59,789 nt of DNA, from positions 1 to 59,789 of the forward strand of contig CAVTZU010000014.1 in assembly GCA_963739305.1 (NCBI GenBank), given 5' to 3'. Positions 39,166 through 49,539 of this stretch are shown piece after piece. The position numbers were made by a program, and so were the translations under genes. Positions within the stretch are counted from its first letter, which is position 1. The number at the start of each line of letters is the position of its first letter. The notes beneath the pieces were generated by a model, which saw only the letters and a list, made by a program, of their open reading frames with translations, searched no databases and was not told where the DNA came from. This stretch comes from Candidatus Bathyarchaeota archaeon (GTDB taxonomy: Archaea; Thermoproteota; Bathyarchaeia; Bathyarchaeales; Bathycorpusculaceae).

Positions 39166-40845
39166 ATGTTTGACGAAAAAAAGATCAGTGAACTCGCGAA
39201 AGAGAAACATCGTTGGGAACAAACAACCTTGCCCAACTGGATAAAGCAATCCAAAGAAAGAAGAAGCGAGTTTCGCAACACTTCAAACATGCTGATAAAG
39301 CGTTTGTACACGCCCGAAGACAACAAGTCCATGGATTACATGCGTGACATGGGTTTTCCAGGCGAATACCCGTTCCTGCGTGGTGTACACGCAACCATGT
39401 ACCGGGGGCGATTGTGGACAATGCGTCAGTTCTCAGGGTTCGGCACTGCTGTGCAGACAAACAAGCGCTTCAAATACCTTCTCAAAGAAGGAGAAACTGG
39501 ACTGAGCATCGCCTTTGACTACCCAACTATCATGGGCTACGATTCTGATCACCCCATGGGGCAAGGTGAAGTGGGCATATGCGGAGTCGCCGTTTCCTCT
39601 CTGCGAGACATGGAAACCCTCCTGGACGGAATTCCGCTTGACAAAGTCACGACGTCAATGACGATCAATGGACCCGCAGCGATGCTCCTCGCGATGTACG
39701 TGGCGGTCGGGGACAAACAATGCGTCCCCCGAGATAGACTAGGTGGAACGACACAGAACGACAACCTGAAAGAGTATTTTGCACAGAAACTCTGCATCTA
39801 CCCACCGAAGCCCGCGGTCAAGCTCACAACAGACATTATAGAATACTGTGCGAAGCATCTTCCAAGATGGAACCCGATAAGCATCAGCGGCTACCACATA
39901 AGGGAAGCTGGCGCTTCCGCCGTTCAAGAACTTGCATTCACAATCTACGACGGAATAACGTATGTCGAGTCGACGATGAAAAGAGGACTCAAAGTCGACG
40001 ATTTCGCTCATCGACTCTCATTCTTTTTTGCTTCGCACAACGACTTCTTCGAGGAAGTGGCAAAGTTCAGAGCTGCCCGAAGGATATGGGCAAAGCTGAT
40101 GAAAGAACGATTTCATACGAAGAATCCACGATCAATGTGGATGCGAATGCACGTTCAGACATCAGGCTGCACACTAACGGCTCAACAGCCACTCAACAAC
40201 ATCACCCGCACCACTATCCAAGCTTTGGCAGCAGCGGTTGGCGGGACTCAATCATTGCACACGAATTCGTTCGATGAGGCTCTTGCACTTCCTAGCGAGA
40301 ACGCTGTCAGAGTAGCGTTAAGAACGCAACAAATAATAGCCCACGAGAGCGGCGCAACTCACACAATTGATCCTTTAGCCGGCTCCTTCTACATCGAAGC
40401 CCTAACGAACGAGATGGAGGAAAAGACCTTCGAGTACATTCGAAAAGTGGATGAGATGGGCGGGGCAATTGTGGCCATAGAGAAAGGCTTCTTCCAGAAA
40501 GAAATCGCTGACAGCGCCTACAAGTATCAGAGAGAAATAGACGAGAACAAACGGATAATCGTGGGCGTCAACGACTTCAAGGTTGAAAAAGAGACGCCGA
40601 TAGAACTTCTGCGAGTGGATCCGAAAGTTGAGCAAGAGCAGCTTGCAACCTTGCACGCGCTCAAACAGGAACGAGACAAGAAGAAAGTCAACGACGTTCT
40701 TGACAAGCTCCGCAGTTCGGCGGAAAAGGATGAAAACCTCATGCCCACGATAATAGAATCCGTGAAGGTATACGCAACTCTGGGCGAAATCTGCGAAGTG
40801 TTGCGTCAGGTCTATGGAGAGTACAAGGAACTGATAATAATCTAG
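39166..40845 (+). CDS. B12-dependent acyl-CoA mutase large subunit, isobutyryl-CoA mutase-type residues
   Basis: PGEYPFLRG, RQFSGF, LKEYFAQK, ISGYHIREAG, TQSLHTNSFDEA. Confidence 0.85.
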   Translation: MFDEKKISELAKEKHRWEQTTLPNWIKQSKERRSEFRNTSNMLIKRLYTPEDNKSMDYMRDMGFPGEYPFLRGVHATMYRGRLWTMRQFSGFGTAVQTNKRFKYLLKEGETGLSIAFDYPTIMGYDSDHPMGQGEVGICGVAVSSLRDMETLLDGIPLDKVTTSMTINGPAAMLLAMYVAVGDKQCVPRDRLGGTTQNDNLKEYFAQKLCIYPPKPAVKLTTDIIEYCAKHLPRWNPISISGYHIREAGASAVQELAFTIYDGITYVESTMKRGLKVDDFAHRLSFFFASHNDFFEEVAKFRAARRIWAKLMKERFHTKNPRSMWMRMHVQTSGCTLTAQQPLNNITRTTIQALAAAVGGTQSLHTNSFDEALALPSENAVRVALRTQQIIAHESGATHTIDPLAGSFYIEALTNEMEEKTFEYIRKVDEMGGAIVAIEKGFFQKEIADSAYKYQREIDENKRIIVGVNDFKVEKETPIELLRVDPKVEQEQLATLHALKQERDKKKVNDVLDKLRSSAEKDENLMPTIIESVKVYATLGEICEVLRQVYGEYKELIII

Positions 40846-40857
40846 AAGGAAAAAGAA

Positions 40858-41265
40858 ATGGATAAAACAAGAAAAATCCGAGTTTTGATCGCAAAACCGG
40901 GCCTCGACAGCCACGATAGAGGAGCAAAAATCGTTGCTAGGGCTCTCAGAGACGCAGGAATGGAAGTCATCTATACCGGGTTAAGACAGACTGCAGAGCA
41001 AATCGTCGAGACTGCTCTTCAGGAAGACGTTGACGTAATCGGCTTAAGCATACTCTCGGGAGCACACAAAACACAGTTTCCGAAGATTATGAAGCTTCTA
41101 AGAGAGCAGGAACTCACCGACGTAATGGTTTTTGCCGGAGGCATAATTCCCGAGGAAGATGTTGCCGAGATGAAAAGGCTCGGAATAAAAGAGATATTCG
41201 GACCCGGAACAACAACTGAAGCGATAATACGCTACGTGAAGGATAACCTTCGGGAAAAGAGCTAA
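40858..41265 (+). CDS. Acyl-CoA mutase cobalamin-binding small subunit
   Basis: GLDSHDRG (DxHxxG), [14 protein letters not shown]. Confidence 0.92.
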   Translation: MDKTRKIRVLIAKPGLDSHDRGAKIVARALRDAGMEVIYTGLRQTAEQIVETALQEDVDVIGLSILSGAHKTQFPKIMKLLREQELTDVMVFAGGIIPEEDVAEMKRLGIKEIFGPGTTTEAIIRYVKDNLREKS

Positions 41266-41285
41266 TACTCAGATGTGCTGGGGCT

Positions 41286-42248
41286 TTGACGAGAGCCGAA
41301 GAGATAGTTGAAGGCGTTCTTGCTGGGAAACGAAGAAGCATTGCCAAAGCGATAACCATAATTGAAAACGGCGAACCAGAAGCTCACGAAATCGTCACGA
41401 AGCTGTACCCACACACAGGAAAGGCCCACATAATCGGACTTACGGGAGCAGGCGGTGCGGGAAAGAGTACGTTGATAGAAAAACTGGTCAGAGAATACAG
41501 GCGCAGGGGCAAGAAAGTGGGCGTCGTCGCGGTGGATCCTACGAGCCCTTTTTCAGGTGGGGCGTTTTTGGGCGACAGAATCCGCATGCAGGAACTCAGC
41601 ACTGACCAAGACGTGTTCATACGCAGCATGGCAACCCGCAACTATGCGGGCGGAATAGCAAGGGCAACGAAAGATGCAGCGCGCATCCTCGATGCAGCTG
41701 GGAAAGACGTTGTCATCGTCGAAACAGTCGGCGCGGGACAATCAGAGGTAGAGATCATCAAAGTTGCCCAGACGATCGTTGTGGTGCACGCACCAGGGCT
41801 TGGGGACGAGATTCAGGCGATAAAGGCGGGCATCATGGAGATAGCTGACATCTTCGTGGTCAATAAGGCTGACCGCGAAAACGCAGACAAGGCTGTAATG
41901 GATATACAAGCAAACCTGCAGATGAACAACAAGCAGAGTCCGTGGAAACCTTCGGTGCTTAAAACCGTAGCCCTGACTGGTGAGGGCATCCCGGAACTTG
42001 TGGAAAAAATCGAGGAACATCGATGCTTCTTGGAAGGCGACTTAGAATGCAGGAAGACTTCGTTGAGAATCACGGCTGAGAACGAGCTTGTGGAAGCCGT
42101 TAGAGAAAGAGTGACGAGTTCTTTGATAGAAGAACTTAAGAGGGATGGCAAATTCGATGAGCTTGTCCACGAAATCATGGAAAAGAAGACGGATCCTGCA
42201 TCAGCAGCCCAGAAGCTTCTCAAAAAGGAGAAGAGCGATGAAGCTTGA
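41286..42248 (+). CDS. meaB: Mutase-associated GTPase chaperone MeaB
   Basis: GAGGAGKST, DPTSPFSGGAFLGDRIRM, ETVGAGQSE, NKAD. Confidence 0.92.
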   Translation: MTRAEEIVEGVLAGKRRSIAKAITIIENGEPEAHEIVTKLYPHTGKAHIIGLTGAGGAGKSTLIEKLVREYRRRGKKVGVVAVDPTSPFSGGAFLGDRIRMQELSTDQDVFIRSMATRNYAGGIARATKDAARILDAAGKDVVIVETVGAGQSEVEIIKVAQTIVVVHAPGLGDEIQAIKAGIMEIADIFVVNKADRENADKAVMDIQANLQMNNKQSPWKPSVLKTVALTGEGIPELVEKIEEHRCFLEGDLECRKTSLRITAENELVEAVRERVTSSLIEELKRDGKFDELVHEIMEKKTDPASAAQKLLKKEKSDEA

Positions 42249-42765
42249 AAATGGACTCGTTCAAGTTTACACTGGAAAAGGAAAAGGAAAAACTTCCGCC
42301 GCCTTTGGACTGGCGCTCCGAGCCGTTGGCAGAGGATTGAAGGTCTTCATCGTGCAATTCATCAAGGGTGGTTTTGATTACGGTGAGCTTTACGTGGCGG
42401 ACAAGCTTCCGGGTCTGAAGCTGAAGGCTTTTGGAAGAGGCAAGTTTGTTTCCGAGAAGAAACCCGACAAAGAAGACGTTGATCTCGCGAGAGAAGCTTT
42501 TAGGGTGGCTGAAGATGCCGTGAAGAGCGGTGAATACGACGTGATAATATTGGACGAGATCAACGTTGCATTGAGTCTAAAGCTTATAGAGACCGAAAAA
42601 GTTCTGCGACTCATCAAGAACAAGCCCGCGCAAACCGAGCTTGTGTTGACTGGACGCAACGCTCCGAAGGAGATAGTGGACGCAGCTGATCTTGTTACAG
42701 AAATGGTTGAAGTGAAGCATCCGTACAATTTAGGTTTCAAGGCTCGGAAAGGAATTGAATACTAG
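42238..42765 (+). CDS. cobO: ATP:cob(I)alamin adenosyltransferase (CobO/BtuR)
   Basis: YTGKGKGKTSAAFG, QFIKG, ILDEI, LTGR, KGIEY. Confidence 0.9.
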   Translation: MKLENGLVQVYTGKGKGKTSAAFGLALRAVGRGLKVFIVQFIKGGFDYGELYVADKLPGLKLKAFGRGKFVSEKKPDKEDVDLAREAFRVAEDAVKSGEYDVIILDEINVALSLKLIETEKVLRLIKNKPAQTELVLTGRNAPKEIVDAADLVTEMVEVKHPYNLGFKARKGIEY

Positions 42766-42794
42766 AATCTTCGAGTGACAAAATGACCTGTTGA

Positions 42795-43490
42795 CTATTT
42801 CTCCTCTTCTGAGGCGAGAGGATATATCTCCTTTGCGACGTATTCCAAGTAAGGTTCTTTCTCACCAAGGTTGAATATTGTTACAGAGGCGTCCCTCGTC
42901 ACACCGACGACGTAACCGTACTCCTTTGATCTCGCAACAACATACCAGAGGTCACCGTGTTTGCCATAATCCTCGAAGAGCGACGTGTTTATCAGGTCGG
43001 GTCCATAGAGCGATAATTTGTCCACGTTAGGGATGTCCACGTTGTCGAAGAACGTTATCTTCGTGTCTTCCGGGTTTTTTAAGTGGAACTTCTTCAGCGT
43101 CTCCGGGGAAATTCTGGCTTCCAAGATGCCGCCTACCTTTTCGAAAAGTATCTTGCTCAGGTCGTTTGCCACGTAATTCGCCAGCCGCTTTTTCTCAACT
43201 ATCGTCATGAAATTTGTGCCTTGATGGTCAGAGAGGCTGAAGAGGGCTTCGACGGTTCGAGGTGTCGGAAGAATTTTCCCGCGGTGGAAGACCTGGGTTA
43301 CGTAGTCGTGAGAGTAGACGCCTCTTAGCAATTTTACTTTTGGAACTAGCCCCGTCACTTCGGTTATGAGCGTGAACTTATGGTCTCCTTCTTCATAGGC
43401 TTCTTCGGCGTGGTATCCGTCGAGTCTTGAAGCGATCTCGCTTATTGAAAGCGGTTCTGAGAGCTTGAAAACTTTGCCTGCAACGACCAT
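42795..43490 (-). CDS. Hypothetical protein
   Basis: Clean 231-aa ORF; no family recognised. Confidence 0.7.
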   Translation of the reverse strand: MVVAGKVFKLSEPLSISEIASRLDGYHAEEAYEEGDHKFTLITEVTGLVPKVKLLRGVYSHDYVTQVFHRGKILPTPRTVEALFSLSDHQGTNFMTIVEKKRLANYVANDLSKILFEKVGGILEARISPETLKKFHLKNPEDTKITFFDNVDIPNVDKLSLYGPDLINTSLFEDYGKHGDLWYVVARSKEYGYVVGVTRDASVTIFNLGEKEPYLEYVAKEIYPLASEEEK

Positions 43491-43701
43491 TCCAGAACAC
43501 CAGACTGATAGTCGAGATGATTTGCTTATGAACTTTTAGCTTTATTGATGAAAATTGCAAGCTGCGATCTGGGTTAGGTTCTAGTTGAGTTGATCACCGA
43601 AAAATCCTAATCAGGTCTCCATTGAAAGAAAAAAAGACCAGCTGCTACTTCCGGGCGCGCGCTTCCAGGGGTCTATGCGTTCGGCGACGTTAGCCAAATC
43701 A

Positions 43702-44959
43702 TCAATGCACGTATTTCTTGACCAAGTCTGTGTTGTTCACGGCCTTGAGTTGCTTGAAGAGCAGATCGAATTTTCCTTCTACTTCGACTGCGATTGCCTC
43801 TCGTGTCTCAGGTGAGAGACTCATGATCTCTTTCTTGAACGGGCCTAGGGCTTTCTTTCGAGTCTTGTACAGAAACTGTTCTTCAGTTTCTCCTTGCTTT
43901 GCTTCGTTTGCCGCGTTGAGCTTCAGCCATTCGTAGATCCTCTTCTTAAGATCAGATGGAAAGTGTTTCGACTCGTATATCATGTTCTGGAACTCCGTCG
44001 CCAAGTGCACCTCGGCGGTTTCGCATTCTGGAAATCTGTGGAACGCTTCGGGAGGAAGGGTTGACGCTCCATGTTGAACGGCTCCGGCTAACCCATATTT
44101 CTTCTTCGCGATCTCAGAAAGAGTCTTCAGAGTGTTGAAGTCAAGGTTTATCTGGGCGATTTTGCCGTCGGGCAGGACGATCGCCGCCGTGCGTTGTTCC
44201 CGTCTGGACTGAAATCTTGCTGATTCCATGTAAGCCTTTAGGCAGTTTCTCGCTAAGTCCAGCCATGAACGCTTGCAGCTCTTCAGGCGTAGAGTTCTTG
44301 TGACCGATCTCGCCGATCTCTCCGCCCACCGAAATCGTTTTTCCCTCAGGCTCATTTTGGCGGATGAATTGCGTGAGCTTTGCGCAGATCTCGTAATTTG
44401 ACAATTGTTGAGTCTTCAAATCAGGCTTGGACAAGTCTACGAGGGTTGATGAGTCGATGTCGATGTTGTAGAAGCCTGAACTGATTGCATCCGCGATCAA
44501 GGCCTTCAAAGCGTCCGTTTCTTTGTCAGGGTTCTCCTTGAATTTCGCGGCGTTGGCTTGGAAATGGTCTCCTTGAATGAACACTGGACCGTGATAATCT
44601 TCTTTTATCGCTGCCGCCAGAACCATGCTTGAATACTCAATCGGCGACTGACTTGTGTAGCCGATTTCAGACCTGGCGATCTCGAAGATGAACGTGCCAG
44701 AGTCATTCTTTCTTGCAGCTCTAAAGACGCTTCGAGCCAGGTCATAAGTCATGCTTCTGAGGTTTATCGCGGGAACTGTGAAGCCGCCGAATTCGCCCCT
44801 CCCGCGAGCTACATAAAGGTTCTGAATACTTGCCGGATAGATGCCTTTCTCCTGGGCCATAGCGAAAATTCCTTTCGCTACCTGTTTCTTTTTCACGGCA
44901 TCATCAGTCATGACTAGATCCTTAACGCTCTGCTCAACATCAAGCGACATCCCTTTCAT
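43702..44959 (-). CDS. Class II fructose-bisphosphate aldolase family protein, frameshift near 44185
   Basis: TVPAINLR, QGDHFQ, GEIGEIG, TGTTHGG, VQHGAST. Confidence 0.85.
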
Positions 44960-45133
44960 ACTCTCTCCACTTCCTCAAACACTTGCTCAGCGCATTTACA
45001 TTAAGTTGTTTCATTAGATATTAAATTATTGCGTGATCAGTCGGTTAGAGAACATGCGTCCTCCTACCTTCCGTTTTTCGATATATATCGATAGCCGAAA
45101 GAACTGCTTTATTGAGATTCACGATACTGGGAT

Positions 45134-45418
45134 GTGATGGCACAGGATGCCGAACGCATGAAGAAGAAAAGGGTTCAAATAAACGAAGTTCGAGCTGCCA
45201 AGAGCATGAAGCTTGGCTGGAAAATCAAGAGACAAGTTCAACAAGAAATATTGCAGAAGAAGCTCGTGCAGTGTTTTCTGAAGCCACGAGAGGGTCATGC
45301 AATCATCAAGCGATATCCTGAAGCCATGCAGCCGATGATCAGGGATTTTATGCGAAAAGCGGAAGAGAAAACAATGCTTTTCTGCGAACAACCATCAGAA
45401 AAGAAAGCCCTCGTGTAG
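45134..45418 (+). CDS. Hypothetical basic protein
   Basis: ORF only. Confidence 0.35.
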   Translation: MMAQDAERMKKKRVQINEVRAAKSMKLGWKIKRQVQQEILQKKLVQCFLKPREGHAIIKRYPEAMQPMIRDFMRKAEEKTMLFCEQPSEKKALV

Positions 45419-45605
45419 ATTTATCGATTTGGGCTGAAGAGAAGCGCGACAATCGTCCTAGAAGGATCTAGGAGAAAATTCCTTTTCCAAGAATGCCGTG
45501 ACTTGGTCCAAACTTGCTCACGTAGTGTTTGTCGTAGAACAGTACAATTTGCTTTAATAATAGGATTTTCATTTTTATTACCCACTCTAGCAAGGAAAAA
45601 GTGTC

Positions 45606-47570
45606 ATGTTGATTCAAGAGGTAATCCTGGAGAACTTCATGAGTTACGAGTATGCTAGGGTACCTTTCAAACCCGGAGTCAACATCATATGCGGCCCAAA
45701 CGGGTCTGGAAAGTCGTCACTTCTGTTGGCTATTTCTGTGGCACTTGGACAATCCTACACGGAACGCTCCAAGAAGTTGAGCGACCTCATACGCTGGAAC
45801 AAGGATCAGGCCCGTGTAACCTTGGTTCTGAGTAACACGAGAATGGGAAAGAACAGGCCTGTACCGAAATACAATAAGGACCAGATCTATCTGACGCGGG
45901 TCTTGCGAAGGGATGGAACCTACTGGTTCTCGCTTGAAAACCGCGCCGTCACAAAGCAGGACGTTGAGAGACTGCTTGGGAAGCTGGGCGTTGACCCTGA
46001 CAACATACTTATCATTATGCATCAGAACATGGTTGAACAATTCACGGTGCTCTCCACGCAGGAGAAGCTCCGGATGGTTGAGGCAGCGGTTGGCCTTGAG
46101 CCTTATCGAGAAAACGTCGTGCAGGCACAGAAGAAGCTAACGCGGATACTGAGCCAAGAAGAATCGATGAGTAAACTCCTAGAGTCGGCTGAGCAGACGC
46201 TGAATTACTGGAGAGGACAATACGACAGGTATCAAGAGAAGAAGCAGCTGCAGTCAAAAAGGAGGTTCCTCGAACGCGAGCTCGCGTGGGCAGAAGTGGC
46301 CAGAAGAGAAGAAGCAGTAAGACAGCTTGAAAATGACTGGAGAAAGCTCCAGGACGTTCTAGGCCAGATCGAGACGCAGAACGAATCAGCAAGAAATAGC
46401 TTGCAAAGACAGGAGAACGAACGCGGCAGGCTCAAGGATGAGTGGACCACGCTTTTTGATGAACGTCTCGACTTCGAACGGCAGAAAGCAAGCAATTCTT
46501 CAACGCTTTCACTGTACGAGCAGCTTCTGAAGGAGACGTCAACTCTGGAGGCGCTGACCAGCAGCCTCAGCGAAGATGCGACTCAACATTTGGCGCAAGC
46601 CTCAAAGAAAACCGTGCAACTTAAGCTTCTCAGAGGCGAACAGCTCAAAGAGTTCATACAGAATTCGAAAGAGCACACCTCAAAACTGGACACTGAAATA
46701 GAGAGAAACCAAGCGAGATCACGAAGCTGGGAAGAAGCAACTGAAAAAGTCAACGATCAAATCTTGAACCTCCGCATCGAACTCGCCCTCCTCCAGTACC
46801 GAACCCAAAACGCCACTGCCGACCTTGAGGAATTGGAGAAAACTTTGAAAGATGCAAGAGCTCGCTTAGCTGAGACCACAAGCAAGGCTGAGCAGGTCGG
46901 AGCCAAGGTCGCCGTCACCAAAGACATGAGCGAGGTCATCGATGAAATCCGCGTTACCGAAGGACACTTGATGGCGCTGTCGGACGTCTCGGAAGACGTT
47001 GAAAGAATGTACGAATCCTATTCAAAACTCTACCTTGAACTCAAGGACAAGGCTCAGCTCGTCGCTGAAAACCGTGACAAGACTTTGGAGGAAGTCAAGA
47101 CTAGAATGCAGGCGTGGCGGACGGTGATAGAAACCCTTCTCACGCGCGCCAACCTGGAATACCAGAAGACCTTGATGCAAGCACAGGCCGTAGGAGAAGT
47201 GAGGCTCGCAAACGGACAAGACATCGAAACGGCAGGCCTGGAGATTCTTGTTGGCTTCAAAGGCGGAAACCCAGTTCCGCTGGACGCTTACACGCAGAGT
47301 GGAGGAGAAAGGACTACAGCGACGATGAGCTTTCTACTGGCCTTGCAGCAGCACGTTCGTTCTCCGTTCCGTGCAGTCGATGAATATGACATCCACATGG
47401 ACCCGAAAAACCGGGAAATCATCGCTCAGATGCTAGTCTCGAGGGTCAACGATTCAAACGCCCAGTACCTCGTCATAACTCCAAGCCAAATAACGTTCAC
47501 AAAAGAGGGCGTCAACATAATCACCGTGCAAAACATCGAAGGCAAATCCATCATTCGAGGCGTGGCCTAA
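45606..47570 (+). CDS. Short SMC-family ATPase, Smc5/6- or coalescin-like, no recognisable hinge
   Basis: LENFMSY, GPNGSGKS, Q-loop MHQN, long coiled coil, QSGGER, PFRAVDEYDIHMDP. Confidence 0.85.
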   Translation: MLIQEVILENFMSYEYARVPFKPGVNIICGPNGSGKSSLLLAISVALGQSYTERSKKLSDLIRWNKDQARVTLVLSNTRMGKNRPVPKYNKDQIYLTRVLRRDGTYWFSLENRAVTKQDVERLLGKLGVDPDNILIIMHQNMVEQFTVLSTQEKLRMVEAAVGLEPYRENVVQAQKKLTRILSQEESMSKLLESAEQTLNYWRGQYDRYQEKKQLQSKRRFLERELAWAEVARREEAVRQLENDWRKLQDVLGQIETQNESARNSLQRQENERGRLKDEWTTLFDERLDFERQKASNSSTLSLYEQLLKETSTLEALTSSLSEDATQHLAQASKKTVQLKLLRGEQLKEFIQNSKEHTSKLDTEIERNQARSRSWEEATEKVNDQILNLRIELALLQYRTQNATADLEELEKTLKDARARLAETTSKAEQVGAKVAVTKDMSEVIDEIRVTEGHLMALSDVSEDVERMYESYSKLYLELKDKAQLVAENRDKTLEEVKTRMQAWRTVIETLLTRANLEYQKTLMQAQAVGEVRLANGQDIETAGLEILVGFKGGNPVPLDAYTQSGGERTTATMSFLLALQQHVRSPFRAVDEYDIHMDPKNREIIAQMLVSRVNDSNAQYLVITPSQITFTKEGVNIITVQNIEGKSIIRGVA

Positions 47571-48397
47571 TGCAGTCGAGGAAGGCTTACGAGAAGCTGG
47601 GCCGAGAAAAGCTTCAACGGATAATTGACACGTGCAGGTCCGTCGAGGAAAGGTCGCTGGATCCCTTCTTGATAGACGTTGACTCGAACATCGGCACAGT
47701 CAAGGAGTATTTCCCAGAATGGAAAGTTCCAGAAGACCTCTGCCTAGACGCTGAGACGCTGCACAAGATAGCTTCAGTCGTCAAGCTTCAGAGCGAATGG
47801 GTCAAGCATCGATCAACCTCTCTCTACACTGATCCCTTCCTGCTCGAAGAAAAACTCAAAAGAATGGACAAGTTCGAGATCGCAAGAACCTTCCTCAAAG
47901 CGTGGCATCCCCTTATCGAGTGGGAACAACTTTCGCTCCACAGCCTGTCAGAAGCCATGAGGTACTGGAACAGCCTTGTTCCGCTCGACGAGAGGTGGAA
48001 AGAGATACCCCCAACAGAAGTTGAAGCTGGCTCAACGACGCGAGAAGAGCTTGTCCGCCAGAGAATCTTGCGAGACCAAGCGTTCTCTGAGGAACTAGAA
48101 GATTTCTGGCACGAACTACAGACCGCAGTTGCGGGGAGAGGAGAAAACGGCAAAATAAGGTACTGGGACTTCATCGGCGCAGAATCCTACAGCGAAACGG
48201 TTGACCGAGCCTTCATGACGAGCTTCCTCGTGACGTACGGATACGCAACGCTCGAAATACATCCGTTGGAGGAAGAGACCTTCCTGGTACCTTTTGAGAA
48301 ACAGATCGTCAGGTCAGGGAAGACTCAGCTGGTCTCTGTGCCGATTTCGGTTTCGTCCAGCGACTGGCAGAAGTGGAAGCGGGGAGAACTGAATTGA
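47570..48397 (+). CDS. Kleisin-like (ScpA/Nse4-like) SMC partner
   Basis: Coupled to the SMC gene; LDPFLIDV...LDAETL N-terminal kleisin-like motif; C-terminal wHTH (AFMTSFLVTYGYATL). Confidence 0.6.
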   Translation: MQSRKAYEKLGREKLQRIIDTCRSVEERSLDPFLIDVDSNIGTVKEYFPEWKVPEDLCLDAETLHKIASVVKLQSEWVKHRSTSLYTDPFLLEEKLKRMDKFEIARTFLKAWHPLIEWEQLSLHSLSEAMRYWNSLVPLDERWKEIPPTEVEAGSTTREELVRQRILRDQAFSEELEDFWHELQTAVAGRGENGKIRYWDFIGAESYSETVDRAFMTSFLVTYGYATLEIHPLEEETFLVPFEKQIVRSGKTQLVSVPISVSSSDWQKWKRGELN

Positions 48398-48960
48398 GCA
48401 AGAGGCAAGCCACGTACGCTGCGAAGTTGAAAAGAGCCACCCACCTGCTGTTCTTTAAAAGGCACGCTAAGCCTGGAGTCAAAGGATGGGAGCTGCGCAA
48501 AGCTCTGGGTTCTGACTATCCGAAGGTTCTGAAAATCATGGATGGTTACCTGAAAAACCTGGATTTAGAGGTTAAGACCGTTTTTGAGGAAGGCAGACAG
48601 ACAGAGAGGCCTTCAGTGGAACAACTCGACAAAGCAAGGTTCTATGTGGCGTTACGGGGCGAGCTGGTGCCGAAAGAGGCAAAGATGATTGGATGGCGGA
48701 TAGACGACTTCGCGGGGCTTGCAGTGACGATCGCATACATAACGTCCAAGAAGGGCAAGGCACCGAGGGAAGACGTCGAACAACTGTTGCGCGAGAAGCT
48801 TCCAGGATGGAAAGTTGGACTCAACATCGACAGATACGTTCGATACGGATACCTGACCGAAGATGACAGTGGACAATTGTACCTAGACTGGAGAACGCGG
48901 GCAGAGGTCGACCAGAAGGCGCTTGTTGACCTACTTTTGTCATATCAAAAAGATTTATAA
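48394..48960 (+). CDS. Kite-like (ScpB/Nse1-3-like) tandem winged-helix protein
   Basis: TTG start overlaps kleisin stop; two wHTH-like halves; operon position. Confidence 0.55.
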   Translation: MSKRQATYAAKLKRATHLLFFKRHAKPGVKGWELRKALGSDYPKVLKIMDGYLKNLDLEVKTVFEEGRQTERPSVEQLDKARFYVALRGELVPKEAKMIGWRIDDFAGLAVTIAYITSKKGKAPREDVEQLLREKLPGWKVGLNIDRYVRYGYLTEDDSGQLYLDWRTRAEVDQKALVDLLLSYQKDL

Positions 48961-49264
48961 GATTGTTTTAGCGCGCGCTACAAAAACTTCTGCAAAGACT
49001 GGTGTAAAGAATCAGATGGCTCGTATGAGCTGGATGAAAACAATATTCCGAAGCCGACCTATTGCCCCAAATGTAATTGGAAAGAAGATCGTTTGCTGTT
49101 CGTGAAAATCAAGAAAGGGGAAGTGCTCACGCTTGACTAAAGACATAAATGCGGGCTGTCTTCTTACAGCCCTAATATCATATCATGCCGTGGTTAAGAC
49201 CCGATAATCCGTTAGGGAGGGCAAAATTCACGGTTAGTAGTCTTTATCCGAAGGGTGAGCAATC

Positions 49265-49426
49265 ATGAGATCTGAGCAAGAAATAAAAGACAAGCTGAAA
49301 GAGTTTGAGGAGATCCTGAAGACAAATCCGCGATTCTACGGTTGCCTTGCATATGAATTCTATGCGCAGAAAGACGCTCTCGAGTGGGTTCTGGGATTAA
49401 AAGAGCTTTTGGTACCGACAACCTAG
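49265..49426 (+). CDS. Small hypothetical protein (53 aa)
   Basis: GGTGA RBS; MRSEQEIKDKL...DALEWVLG. Confidence 0.55.
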   Translation: MRSEQEIKDKLKEFEEILKTNPRFYGCLAYEFYAQKDALEWVLGLKELLVPTT

Positions 49427-49539
49427 TCCATTTTTCGCTTAAGTGCCATTATACAAATGGGGCATCAAGTGAAGCAAAAAGAAGGTGTGCGCGAGTGGGA
49501 GAGAGAGCGCGAAGGCGATAGGCAATTAACTATAAAGGT

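Noticed and set aside
39166-40845. Canonical methylmalonyl-CoA mutase call
   Set aside because: Tyr/Arg specificity residues are replaced by Phe/Gln
45606-48960. Wadjet (JetABCD) or Rad50-Mre11 system
   Set aside because: No JetD or Mre11 neighbour, no zinc hook, and gene order and size differ
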